Shown: one piece after another, positions 36,075 to 46,551 of the stretch | Layout: each line of letters begins with the position of its first letter | Position numbering within the stretch: position 1 is the first letter of the stretch | Origin: Chloropicon primus | Lineage: Eukaryota | Reading direction: 5' to 3' | Assembly: GCA_023205875.1 (NCBI GenBank) | Contig: CP060768.1 | Span: 310,001-374,000 of the forward strand | DNA: 64,000 bases | Notes under the pieces: generated by a model | What the model was told of the DNA's origin: nothing | Databases searched by the model: none | What the model saw: the letters and a program-made list of their open reading frames with translations, nothing else | Program-made: the position numbers and the translations under genes

Positions 36075-36411
36075 GGTTCCACTCTTCACTCCTCGACTCG
36101 ACGACGACAGGAAGAATCAGAATCAGAATCAGAATCCTTGACAGAACTTTTTTCTTTTTTCGGCGGAGCGGGGGAGAACAAAAACACCACGGCACGGCGT
36201 GAGGTAGCGGCACCTTCCGAGACCCTCGCCACCTTTCGTCTTGCCCTCCTCGTCCCCTGGAACCGGCTCGAGTTCGAGTTCGAGTTCGAGTTGCTTCCAG
36301 CTCTTATCTGTCAAAGCCAAAAACCAAAAAAAAATAAAATGCCGTTGGACGAGGAGGCAAAGGGGAATGATGGATGGGAGGGGGAGGGGAACAGGAGTGA
36401 TGGATGGATGG

Positions 36412-36479
36412 CATTGGATGCATTGGATGCATTGGATGTATTGGATGCATTGGATGTATTGGATGCATTGGATGCATTG
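36412..36479. repeat. 9-bp minisatellite (YATTGGATG) x about 7.5
   Basis: Read directly from the sequence. Confidence 0.9.
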
Positions 36480-36604
36480 TCTCTTCCTCTTTCCAATGAC
36501 CATTCACTTGCGGAGGAAAGGGAAGAGGAAAGGGATGGACAGGAAGCTCATCTTCCAGGGAGTCTGCATGCTCTGTTTGTAGTAGTAGATGTACAATTTT
36601 CATT

Positions 36605-38014
36605 TCACAGGACATAAGTTCTTCGGTTGTATCCTGCCGAGTCTTTATTATCTTGTGTGTTGCACCACTCGAAGTCCCCATACTTCCAATTCAATATACC
36701 CTTTTGTATGGTTTGAAGCTTGAGCGTGAACCGCGGACCGAGTTCTTGAAGCCGGGTCTGGATCTTCGTCTGCGTTTTGGCGCCACCCTCGTCGCCTCCC
36801 GTCTTGACCTTTTCCTTCCTTTTCTCGAAGATGTACCGATGGTGCCTGGCGGAACAGAATGGGAATGAGGCGTCAGTTCCCACGCCGCACGTCACGTCCA
36901 CGTCCCCTCGCGCGAGGGGGGGAGAGGTTGGCGGCAAGGAGTCTTAGTCGCTGCCCCACCCCACTTACCTGAAGAAGAGAAAGTCTCTCTGATTGTGAAA
37001 AGTCGCCACCTGCCTGTTGTGGCACATCGGCTTGGTGTGAAACAGAGATTGGAGGCTTCTGCTTATCCTCCGGCCCAGACGTGTCCTGAAGTTATTCATG
37101 ACAAGTTCAGGAAAGTTATCCCGCAAAGCTTTCCCGTGGCCAAATATTTGTTGGGACAGCCTCAGCGAAGACACCTTGAACGAAAGCGTCGGGCCGTGGG
37201 GCAAATGGATCAAGGTCAAAGCGTTGACCTGGTTCAAGCGTCGCGGAAAAAGTCAGTACCCACAAACGAGGGAGAAGACGAACGAGCACCGTTGGACTCC
37301 ACGGTCGACTTACCTGCTTGACGTCCTCGTTCACAATCATGACAGCCGTGTGCCCCTGCTGCTTGGCGTATTCCACCACTTGAGTCACCAGCGTTGTCTC
37401 CTTCCTCTTCTTGTACGTCGAAAAGGGGAAGACGCACTCAAGCTCCTTGACAAAATCGTGCGTTGCTTTTGATGGCTTGGGACACGTCGTCATCAGCAGG
37501 CTCGGGGGGTCGCTTCCCCCCAGGAGCTCCGCAAACTCATCCGTCCTCTCATCCTCAAGGACCTCAGGGTCATTGTCCGCCACAAAGGTCTCGTCGTGAG
37601 TCCTCTGACTGTCAATGGTCTGGGGCTTGGGAAGCGGAAGGCCTTGCTCCTTGAGCAGCTTCTGCCTCTTCTCCTTCTCCACCTTCTTCGCCGCCCTCCT
37701 CTTCTTCTTGATCTTCTTCACCAGCTCATTCCGCTTGTGCTTGTCTAGTAGTTCACACAACCAAACGAAGACCGAGCGAACCCAAGGCACAGACCACGAG
37801 TGAGTGAATGGGATGCCAAGGAAAGGGAAAACAGTCCGTCAGTGCGTCGCCAAGACCAAGCCGAAGGAGAACGAAACGAACGCGAAGAGAGAGAGAGAGA
37901 GACGAGAGAGACGAGTGGGTTGCGAAGACCATGAAAACCTTCGACCCATCACGCTGACTTACTCTTGACCGCGTTAACGTCATGCAAGGCATCCTCGTTC
38001 TCCACCAGAGCCAT
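36605..38014 (-). CDS. RPF1: Brix-domain ribosome biogenesis protein RPF1, 4 exons
   Basis: Spliced AVK|NKHKR, PQTIDSQRTHDET, DEFAE, HLPHGPTLSFKVSS, PELVMNNFRTRLG, FHNQRDFLFFR|HHRYIF, LQELGPRFTLKL. Confidence 0.9.
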
Positions 38015-38250
38015 GATGACACGAAACACGAACTTCCTCTGCTCTGCAGCTTCCGTCCAAAGAGGTGAAGGCAGGAACACAAAAACTTTCCGAAATTCCA
38101 AAGAGCGAGTGCGCGTAACCAATCGATGACCTCGTTCACGGCGTGAAGCGGCGGGTCGTCCCTCTCCTCGACCCCGTACTGCAGTCAGCCCAGCGCCCGC
38201 CACCGATCTCGTCTTCCTCTCCCATCAAAATCCAGCAGCCAGCCCAGCAT

Positions 38251-38499
38251 CAGGGACTTGAGTTGAGGTGATGGAAAGGGAAAGGGAAAGAGGTCCTGGT
38301 GAATCGTGCAGAGGAGAGTGGAACCCTGTGCCGTTGTCATCCTCCCTCTCTCCTCTCTCTGCATCTCTCTCTCTCTCTCTGCGGCTCTCTCTGCCTCTCA
38401 GGAAGCATCCGCTTTCCACACCAAAGTGAAAGTGGAGGCAGGGACTTGAGTTGAGGTGATGGAAAGGGAAAGGGAAAGAGGTCCTGGTGAATCGTGCAG
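38251..38499. repeat. 61-bp direct repeat (38251-38311 and 38439-38499)
   Basis: CAGGGACTTGAGTTGAGGTGATGGAAAGGGAAAGGGAAAGAGGTCCTGGTGAATCGTGCAG occurs twice. Confidence 0.9.
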
Positions 38500-38699
38500 G
38501 CGATCTGGCTCAGTTTTTCCATCGTCCTCTCCTGTCTCTCTGCTTCATCCTAATTGCACAGATCAGCCAACACCTCGCAAACCTCTCCCACCCCCAGAGA
38601 CCAAAGCTTTGTTAGTTCTCGTTTTGAGTTTTGCATTAGGTCATCCGAGCTTGTTACTCTACTATTTAGATTGACTGAGAGGCCGCCCACCAAACCAGA

Positions 38700-38885
38700 A
38701 AGCATCGTCCCGCTCATCAACGCGACCTTGATCAAACCTAACAGACGGAACTTGAAGCAGCACCGGTGACCAAAGCCTGTCAAGGTTGGGTGAGAGGATA
38801 CCCTGACGCCGTACTACGACTCACGGGCTTGGTGTTGATACCTCGGTCGACCCCAGAGGGTCAGGGAATAGGGAATTAGCTTTTT
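38700..38885 (+). ncRNA. Candidate structured ncRNA, telomerase-RNA-like
   Basis: A long stem encloses the template-like CAAACCTAAC, followed by a second multi-branched stem and a T5 run. See findings. Confidence 0.35.
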
Positions 38886-38983
38886 AGGAAGACTTTTGTT
38901 GGACCAAGGGGTGTGAGGTCTTGCGCCTTGGGTTGTGTTTGCTTGCCGCTTCCTTGCCGTGCGTTGATACAAGAGAGTCCAAG

Positions 38984-40540
38984 ATGTCCGGCCCACTGCC
39001 AGAGGGATGGGAGGAGTACACAACAGACGAGGGGGAAGTGTATTACTTCCACGTGGATAGTGGCACGACGACCTGGGACCGGCCCGGCGAAGAGGGAGGA
39101 GACGAGGCTCAAGAGGAGGTGGAGTATGAGGAGGAGGAGGCAGAAGACGAAGAAGGAGACGAGGGGGATGGCGGCGAAGTCAACGAATTCTTGACGTCCT
39201 CTGCGAATCAGGAGGCCGCGGTGGGTCGAAAAGCGCAGCAAGACGGTGCCCCAAGCCAACCTGGCAGCGCAACGACCTCGTACAACTTCGCCAGCGTACC
39301 AAGGTACATGGCGCCAAAGGGCCCAGCAGTGATGGGGAAGAAGCAGGCTGCGAAGATGGAAGGCAAGTCACAGTTTGCAGAGAGCATGCGCAAGCTCAGG
39401 GAGGGTGGCATATTCACCGAGTACCAGGACAAGCAAGAGGAGGAAGTGCAGGAGGAGACCAAGGTCGTCCAGCGGAGAGGCCGAGGCGATTCGCAGTTCC
39501 GGTCGAGCCTTAGCGCGTTGTACAATCACTGGGAGAAGCAGAAGCAGGACGTCGAAGGCCTGGCGTACAACCCAGATGACGAGAATGTGAGGAGGGGTCA
39601 AAGAATGCACGACACGGTTCCTGAGGAGGACGAGGAAGATGACGGAGACCTCGCGGACTTCCTTCACGCTGAGGAGGAAGAGCAGTCCGGAGACGAGGGA
39701 GGCGCTGAAGCCAGCCCAGGGGGTGTCATCGATGTCAACTCTGAGGAGATGCAAAACATGATGGCCGCAAACTCCATTGTGCCTGCGGACAAGATACCAT
39801 TCGTGTCCCCGCACTGGAGCGCAGTTACCTTTAACTTGGTGGTGTTCATTTGCTACGAGGAGGAGCAAAACACGGTGGAGCTTCCTCTCTTCGAGCAGGG
39901 TCAGAATTTGCAGATCGGAAAGGCAGTCTTGAGCTGGGACGGGCTCTTCTTGCAGCATCCCAAGGAGAACTTGGCGCTGCAGATCTCTTACGACAAGATC
40001 ATCTTTTGGACCATCAGCACAAACGTGCAGACGCAAGAGTTTTTCGTGGATTTGACGATGGAGGGAGATTTCACTTCAGTGAATGGCATCCCGACTGTGA
40101 AATGGTGGACAGGGAACGTCCTGGAGATGAGGTGCTGCTGCGCCAACTCCCTGGACGCGGAGAACTTTGCAAAATCACTTCGGTCGGTCTGCGAGCTCAT
40201 CGGCAGGCACAGGAAGGAAGAGCTTGAACTCGACAAGATGCGCACAAGCAAGATCGCACAAGCGTCCAGGTCAATCGTCCAGCAGTCTCAGCAGTTTGTG
40301 GACCCTAAGAATAGGAGGAGAACACTGACGAAGGCTGATTCCCAGACCCAGGAGGCTTTGAAGCTTGCTTTGGACGACGCGGGAGGCGCGGCTGGGGAGG
40401 ATGAGATGGTCATGAGCGACGAGCTCATGAACATGCTCTCGGTGTCAGGAAACGATGGCCAAGAGCAAGGAGCTACTCCAGATTCGACCAAAAAGTCGAA
40501 AAAGGGAAAGCTGAGCTTCTTCAGAAAGAAGAAGAAGTGA
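38984..40540 (+). CDS. WW-domain protein with an acidic region and a possible PH-like domain
   Basis: PLPEGWEEYTTDEGEVYYFHVDSGTTTWDRP at the N-terminus; polybasic C-terminus. Confidence 0.8.
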   Translation: MSGPLPEGWEEYTTDEGEVYYFHVDSGTTTWDRPGEEGGDEAQEEVEYEEEEAEDEEGDEGDGGEVNEFLTSSANQEAAVGRKAQQDGAPSQPGSATTSYNFASVPRYMAPKGPAVMGKKQAAKMEGKSQFAESMRKLREGGIFTEYQDKQEEEVQEETKVVQRRGRGDSQFRSSLSALYNHWEKQKQDVEGLAYNPDDENVRRGQRMHDTVPEEDEEDDGDLADFLHAEEEEQSGDEGGAEASPGGVIDVNSEEMQNMMAANSIVPADKIPFVSPHWSAVTFNLVVFICYEEEQNTVELPLFEQGQNLQIGKAVLSWDGLFLQHPKENLALQISYDKIIFWTISTNVQTQEFFVDLTMEGDFTSVNGIPTVKWWTGNVLEMRCCCANSLDAENFAKSLRSVCELIGRHRKEELELDKMRTSKIAQASRSIVQQSQQFVDPKNRRRTLTKADSQTQEALKLALDDAGGAAGEDEMVMSDELMNMLSVSGNDGQEQGATPDSTKKSKKGKLSFFRKKKK

Positions 40541-40632
40541 GGCTGAGGGGCAAATAACAGTATATACAAAACGCTTTGTCATTGAAAGCTTATAAAGTTA
40601 CCACTGGTTTTACAGAAGGAGAGGGCCACCGC

Positions 40633-42282
40633 TCATTTATAGTATCTCGAGGACACGGGTGCCGTTTGTGGCCGATCCAATTGCGCCCTTGACTTGGACA
40701 GACCCACCATGTGCTTTGGGGCACCAAATTGCATCATTCTGATTTCGCTTGAGGGCGTTGTGGCGAGGTTCAGCAAGATCGCCCTGGCGTGCCACCTCAC
40801 CTTGGGGAGCTTCGAGTTCAGCAACGGAATGACGTACCTCTCCCCGTCGAGCTCTGCGATGTTGATCTTGAAGTTCTCGTAGTGAGAGATGTGTCGGAGG
40901 CAACCCGCTCCATAGAAATTTGCGTCGTTCATTCCCGCCGGGGGCTTGACCTTCTTCCCCTTCTTCCCCTTTTTCTTTTTCTTTTTCTTCCCTTTCTTTG
41001 CCTTTGTCTCTGGCGCTGGGGCGGACTGGGCCCGGTCCACTGCCTTTGGAGGACCCGACGGCCCGCAGCACAAGTGCAGCAAGGGCAGGATGAGCTCCGC
41101 CTTCACGAGCTTCTCCACGGTGTGCTGCCTCGCCTGCTTCTGCTCCCCGGAGAAGACGATCTCCTCAAACTGGCTCACCTCCTCCCTCAAGTTCCCGGGA
41201 AGCAGGTGGCCCGGCGGAGGAAGCGACCGCACCGAGGTGTTGAAGGACTCGTTGAACATCAAAGAGTTGTTCGTGCTCAAGTTTGCTTCCCCGGTCCTTA
41301 GATCCGCCATGCTTTCGCTCAGTGGGATGATGCCCAGCGCTTCGCCCTGCCCAAGCGAAGCCGCCCCCAGCTTCAAATCAGGAGTAAGCAAGTTGTAAAG
41401 AGCCCCAGCCGCGTGCGCTTTCCCAATAAGTGCGCAGTAAGGATCCACGAGAACGCAGGCCAACGCTTCGATCCCCTTCATCTGCTCCAGCGTTTTCTTC
41501 ATCTCCAAGTCGTTTTGGGTCATGTAAAACAAGCAAGTCGCCGCTTTCTCTTTGGCGAGCGCGTGCAGGGACGATAGGCCTGCCTCCTGACACAGCCTCG
41601 AAAGCAGGGTGAGGAGGCGCTTCTTTTGCAGGCTGTTGTACAGGCTCGGGCTGAACGCCGGGTTTTTGCTCAGCCGGGCCTTCAAGCAGGTGGCAAGGCA
41701 TGAAGCAGCCTCAACCCTCGCGGCCAGGGAGTTGTCCTCGTCAAGGCACTTCGCTATTGGGTCGAGAGAAGTCGCAGCTTTGAGGAAGGAGTCCGTCTCT
41801 TCCTTTGCTAGCACGGCGAGCGCCCGGGCTGCCGAGGCTATCGTGCAGGGCGTGCAGTAAGACAAGTTTCCCATGAGCTGGTTCACCACAGCTGCGTTCT
41901 TGACCCCCATGACCGTCACCCTCGCCGCGTCGTCCACGCACAGGGAAGATATCAGCCCTATGGTCGGAGCCCTGACCTGCGTATCCTCATCCTTCGGCGA
42001 CAGCTCTATCGCGCTCAGAGCCGAGGTCAGGACGCCGCCTTGGACCAATTCCCCTCTCTTCTTCTTCCCCTTCAAGGCCAGCTGCCACAAGTAAAACGCG
42101 GCCTTGCTCCGGCTCAAGTGTACCGAGCTCGTTTGGCTTGGCTTATCCTGGAAGTTGAGCAGGAGGTCTGGTATGTTGTTGCAGTGCTTCCAGAGCTCCT
42201 CGCTCATATGCGCTGGGCGCGCATTCTTCTTCCCCTTCTTCCCCTTCTTTCCACCCTTCTTCCCCTTCTTTCCCTTCGGCAT
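40633..42282 (-). CDS. Armadillo-repeat protein with Lys/Gly-rich tracts
   Basis: Helical repeats AARALAVLA, AAGALYNL, GAGCLRHIS; starts MPKGKKGKKGG. Confidence 0.7.
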   Translation of the reverse strand: MPKGKKGKKGGKKGKKGKKNARPAHMSEELWKHCNNIPDLLLNFQDKPSQTSSVHLSRSKAAFYLWQLALKGKKKRGELVQGGVLTSALSAIELSPKDEDTQVRAPTIGLISSLCVDDAARVTVMGVKNAAVVNQLMGNLSYCTPCTIASAARALAVLAKEETDSFLKAATSLDPIAKCLDEDNSLAARVEAASCLATCLKARLSKNPAFSPSLYNSLQKKRLLTLLSRLCQEAGLSSLHALAKEKAATCLFYMTQNDLEMKKTLEQMKGIEALACVLVDPYCALIGKAHAAGALYNLLTPDLKLGAASLGQGEALGIIPLSESMADLRTGEANLSTNNSLMFNESFNTSVRSLPPPGHLLPGNLREEVSQFEEIVFSGEQKQARQHTVEKLVKAELILPLLHLCCGPSGPPKAVDRAQSAPAPETKAKKGKKKKKKKGKKGKKVKPPAGMNDANFYGAGCLRHISHYENFKINIAELDGERYVIPLLNSKLPKVRWHARAILLNLATTPSSEIRMMQFGAPKHMVGLSKSRAQLDRPQTAPVSSRYYK

Positions 42283-42333
42283 GGTGCCACGCACTGCACG
42301 ACGCCCTTGTCAGACCACTTCGCTTCTGTCGGT

Positions 42334-42335
<2 letters not shown>

Positions 42336-42378
<43 letters not shown>
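42336..42378. repeat. (CA)n microsatellite
   Basis: Read directly from the sequence. Confidence 0.9.
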
Positions 42379-42380
<2 letters not shown>

Positions 42381-42887
42381 GCAAACACACACGCAAACCG
42401 CGCAGTAGTGGTGTTGGCGTCAAGCCACTTGCTCAAAGTTGGTATCTTTGAAACCCCTGGGCAATTCTCCTGCACCTCCAGGTTCCCGCACCTCTCTTCT
42501 CGTCCCGCAACACCTTCCAAGGCGCGACCTTTGACACCCTTTCCCTCCCTCCTCTCCTCTCCCAACGCCAACGGGTCAAATTATATTTCGATTCTAATTT
42601 CAAATTCCAACTTCTTGCCCGGGAGGCCGAGATCCAGAGTAACGGACGCGAAGCGTAACGCTTTGCCCTAGACCTCGATCGAGGACGGAGAGGCGGTGAG
42701 AGTTTGCTTGCGGGTCGACGCGTTGTCGTCGTGTGGTGGCTTCGTTCGAACGTTGTTTAGTTTCGGAGCAACGACGCTTCTCTCTTTTTCTTTTTTGGGG
42801 GAGGGGCGTACGTTCGCCGCGGGGTTTAGTTTGGGCCCCAAACTTTGGGGTTGCTTTGCTGATATACGTTTCGGGTTTAGGGGAGCG

Positions 42888-45042
42888 ATGTCGGGCGGGC
42901 GCGCGATGTCGGGCGGGCGCGTGGCGGTGCGCGATGCTTCCTTGTGTCTCGCCGTCGCCGTCACGGTGGTGGCAGCGTTGGCGCCGGCTTGCGAGGGCTT
43001 CTACCTTCCCGGCGTTGCCCCACAGGACTTTTCGAGAGGAGATGAAGTTCAGCCCCGAGTCGGACGAGTGAGCTCGGCGAAGACGCATATTCCATTCGGT
43101 ACGTCTGGCGAAGAGCTGGTGGGCACGTGCCCTCCTCTTCTTATCCCCCCGCCCTCCTCGGCCTTCCTCTGACACGCGCGCGAAACTCTTTCTTCTCTTT
43201 CTGTTGTCTTCTTTCCACGCCAAACACCAAACCCACTCCACCGAACGAACGGAAGACTACTACGAGCTGCCGTTGTGCGATCCCGCGGGGAAGCCGAAGG
43301 ATGCCCCGGCAAACTTGGGAGAGATCTTGTCCGCGGACCGATACCACTCTGCTCCTTTCCAGCTCGCGGCCTTGGTCAACGAGACTTGCAGGACGATGTG
43401 CGACTTTCCCCACACCCAGAAGGCTGTGAGACTTCGAAGCGCTCTCATCATGGACGCCTACGACGTGAGAATCAGGATCGACAACATGCCCGCAATGTAC
43501 CTGGAGGCAAAGCCGACCAGGAACGAGGTCACGCTGGAGACCGAAATACGTCTGGAGGCGCCCAAGGAGATTGGTTACCCGCTGGGCAGCATTCGCATCA
43601 TCGAAGGGAAGAGGACTATGGTGGTGCACAACCACATCACCCTTTGGATCCAGTACCACATGGTCGACTCGCCGCAGGCCCGTGGGAAGAAGGCGAGGAT
43701 CATCTCCGTGTACGTGACGACCACCACGTACGATTCCAGCGATCCAAGCACGTGGCAAGAGAACTGCAAGCAGGCCTCCTCGAGCCCCTTTCAGAACGTG
43801 GTGGCCCCCCAACTTGCAAGCAAGCCCACACGAATGAGCTACAGCGTGAGGTGGGTCGAGACGAGCAACAGGTGGGCCACGAGGTGGGACAGTATATTGC
43901 AGATGGACTCGTACGAGCACGAGACCAATTGGAGTTCCCTTATCAACACCATCCTCTTGCTGCTTTTGCTGGGATTCCTCGTCGCGGTCATCATCTTGAG
44001 GGCCGTGAAGAATGACTTCGCGGCCCTCAGAGAGTTCGAAGGCGACGACATGGGCGCGGAAGACGCAAGCAATGTCGTCTGGAAGAAGCTGGCCCGTGAT
44101 GTCTTCCGCCAGCCGCGCAGACTTTTCTTGCTGTCCGTGCTGTACGGGAACGGTGCCCAGCTGCTCGCGATGCTCGGGATGCAAATGTTCTTTGCCTTGT
44201 TGGGATTCTACTCCCCGTCGAACAGGGGCTCGTTCCTCACTTACTCCCTCATCGGCTACGCCTTCCTTGCCGTTGTGGGCGGCCGGGCAGCCAGCAGACT
44301 CTACGGGTGCTTTCCTGACGAGATGAACAGAAGGAAGCTTGTGGTGGCCACCGCAACCTTGATCCCAGGCACGGTCTTCGGCGCCTTCTTCCTGATCGAC
44401 CTGGTCCTTTGGGCCAAGGGATCTTCTGGGGCGACGCCGTTCCTCACCCTGCTCTTCATCATGTTCCTTTGGTTTGGTGTCACCCTGCCGCTCACGTTTT
44501 TGGGATCGTACCTTGGCTTTAAGAAGCCTTACGAGTTCCCCATCAAGCCGGCGAGGATACCAAGATTGGTCCCCCAGAAGACGTGCTTCATGAGTCTGCC
44601 CGTGTTGGCAACCTTTGCTGGGCTGACCTTGTACTCGATGATGTTCATTCAGGTGTTCCAAGTCGTCCAAAAAGTGTGGCTTCACCAGTTCGTATACATG
44701 TTTGGGTTCCTCTTCCTCTCCGGCACGTTTTTCCTCGTCGGCTGCATTGAGATCACAATCATTGCCGTGTACCTCACCCTGAGCTACGAGGACTACCACT
44801 GGTGGTGGAGGGCCTTCTTGGTTCCTTTCTCTTCTGGAATTTTCATGTTCCTGGGAACGAGCATCTACCAAGCCATGCTGACGAACGAGCTGTTCGACAA
44901 CGTGCAGTTCGTCACCGTGTGGATGATGTCCTCCTACTTGGGAATGAGCTGCCTTGCCGTCAGTCTCATCGCGGGAGCGGTTGGACTTTGGAGCAGCATC
45001 TGGTTCACGACAGTCATCTACTCCCGATGCAAGCCTGACTAA
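42888..45042 (+). CDS. Transmembrane 9 superfamily (nonaspanin/EMP70); intron 43099-43255
   Basis: FYLPGVAPQDF, HIPF|DYYELPLC, NLGEILSADR, WKKLARDVFR, EDYHWWWRAF, C-terminal KPD (KxD/E). The start could be 42888 or 42906. Confidence 0.92.
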
Positions 45043-45177
45043 AAAAGAAACTATCCTAAACCATCCTTCCAGCTTGTTGTTAAACTTCTCGCATCACCGC
45101 CCTCCCCCTCAAAGCCGAGCTGGCTAGCTCGCTAGAAAACAATTTCCAGAGAGAGAGAGAGAGAGAGAAAGGTCACG

Positions 45178-46506
45178 ATGGTGGCGACCGCTGTCTTGAC
45201 TTTGTCTTCGCCGTGGGACAGCTACCACAGGCTGTGGCTCGACCTCCTCCAGGCCGACAACGCTTCCCCTTGCGTCATCTACAATGCCTACGCCGGTGAC
45301 GTCCCTAGCTTGAGGGAGCTGAAAGAGAAGGAGGTGGAGACGCTGTGCGTCGTCGGGGTGGACTGTGGGTCGAACAACTGGAGCGCCCTTCGGGAGAACG
45401 AATGGGCGTCAAAGGTCGTGCGAGCGATCACGGAGTTCCTTAGCGCGGAGGAGGACGAGAGCAAACGGTTGTTCTGCTGCGGTTTGGGCAGCCACGCCGT
45501 TGCTGAAGCGCTTGGGTGTACGGTGTCGAGGAACCCGAGCACCTCCAACGTTGGGGAGGGAGGCGGCGAGGAGGGTGAGCGCTTCATTGTGGAGCCAACG
45601 GCGGTCCACGCCTGTCCGGCCCTTGTGGATACGATTGGCAGCTGGTTGAGGGAGACTAGGACGAACTCTCTGTCGCCTACGCCAAGATTGATGGCGAACG
45701 GCGACAGTAAGGTTGATCTGGGGAGCACCTTGTTTTTGCTGGAAAGCCACAGTGAGCAAGTGTCAGAACTGCCGCCCAGCTGCCAAATTCTCGCGAGCTC
45801 GAAGAAGACTCAAGCGGAGATCTGGACGATGGGCAAGAAGGTCTTGGCCTACCAGTGCCACCCGGAGCTCACGCCGGCTCTCTTCCGCGGCATGGTCCTG
45901 CCCAAGGTCGCGGAGTCGAAGCTGAGCTCCTCACAGGCAACAGAAGAGGCGAACTCCAAGCTGGATGACTTTGTCCTGGACTCTGAAGTCCTCGCGGCAA
46001 TGGCGAGGCACTTTATCAATGGGAACTGGATTGAATTGTCGCCGCAGAGGGACGCGAAGAAAGGCAGCGAGTCTGCGATCAAGTCCATGCCTGGTGGTGG
46101 TGGAGCCTCGGGGCTGTCTCCGTTACTCCAAGATGGAAGGATGCAGCAGGGGGGAGATTCGGTGTCGGCAGTGCAGCTTGACGGAGTCCTTGAAACGGCA
46201 AAGAAGATGTTCAACTCTGTTGCGCAAGCGATTCGCGGGGAGTTCAAAATACCGCAGATGGAATACGAGCTGCTGGGGAAGATGAACAAAGTGGCGAGCG
46301 AGAAGTATAATCACATGGCGGACTTCACCGCAGGACTTTCGGTGTTCGTGGAGTCCCTGAGAGAAAAGGAGGAATCGCTGCAACCCCTGGCTTCACAAAT
46401 AGATGGCTTGGAGAATCAACTGAACGAGCTTGAGAGTCTGGTGCTTCAGCTTGACGAGTACAGCAAAAGGCTTGAGAACAGAGTGAAGAAATACGTCTTT
46501 TCCTAA
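45178..46506 (+). CDS. Class I glutamine amidotransferase-like domain fused to a C-terminal BLOC1S2 (BLOS2)-like domain
   Basis: ESHSEQVSELPP and YQCHPE (GATase); LLGKMNKVASEKY...LQPLASQIDGLENQLNELESLVLQLDEYSKRLE (BLOS2-like). Single ORF. Confidence 0.75.
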   Translation: MVATAVLTLSSPWDSYHRLWLDLLQADNASPCVIYNAYAGDVPSLRELKEKEVETLCVVGVDCGSNNWSALRENEWASKVVRAITEFLSAEEDESKRLFCCGLGSHAVAEALGCTVSRNPSTSNVGEGGGEEGERFIVEPTAVHACPALVDTIGSWLRETRTNSLSPTPRLMANGDSKVDLGSTLFLLESHSEQVSELPPSCQILASSKKTQAEIWTMGKKVLAYQCHPELTPALFRGMVLPKVAESKLSSSQATEEANSKLDDFVLDSEVLAAMARHFINGNWIELSPQRDAKKGSESAIKSMPGGGGASGLSPLLQDGRMQQGGDSVSAVQLDGVLETAKKMFNSVAQAIRGEFKIPQMEYELLGKMNKVASEKYNHMADFTAGLSVFVESLREKEESLQPLASQIDGLENQLNELESLVLQLDEYSKRLENRVKKYVFS

Positions 46507-46551
46507 CCACGGAAACGAGAACAGAATTTTTCAAGTTGTGTACAGTGTAGA

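Noticed and set aside
36138..36681. ORFs with LDA/WMH/HPM repeats
   Set aside because: Translations of the 9-bp minisatellite.
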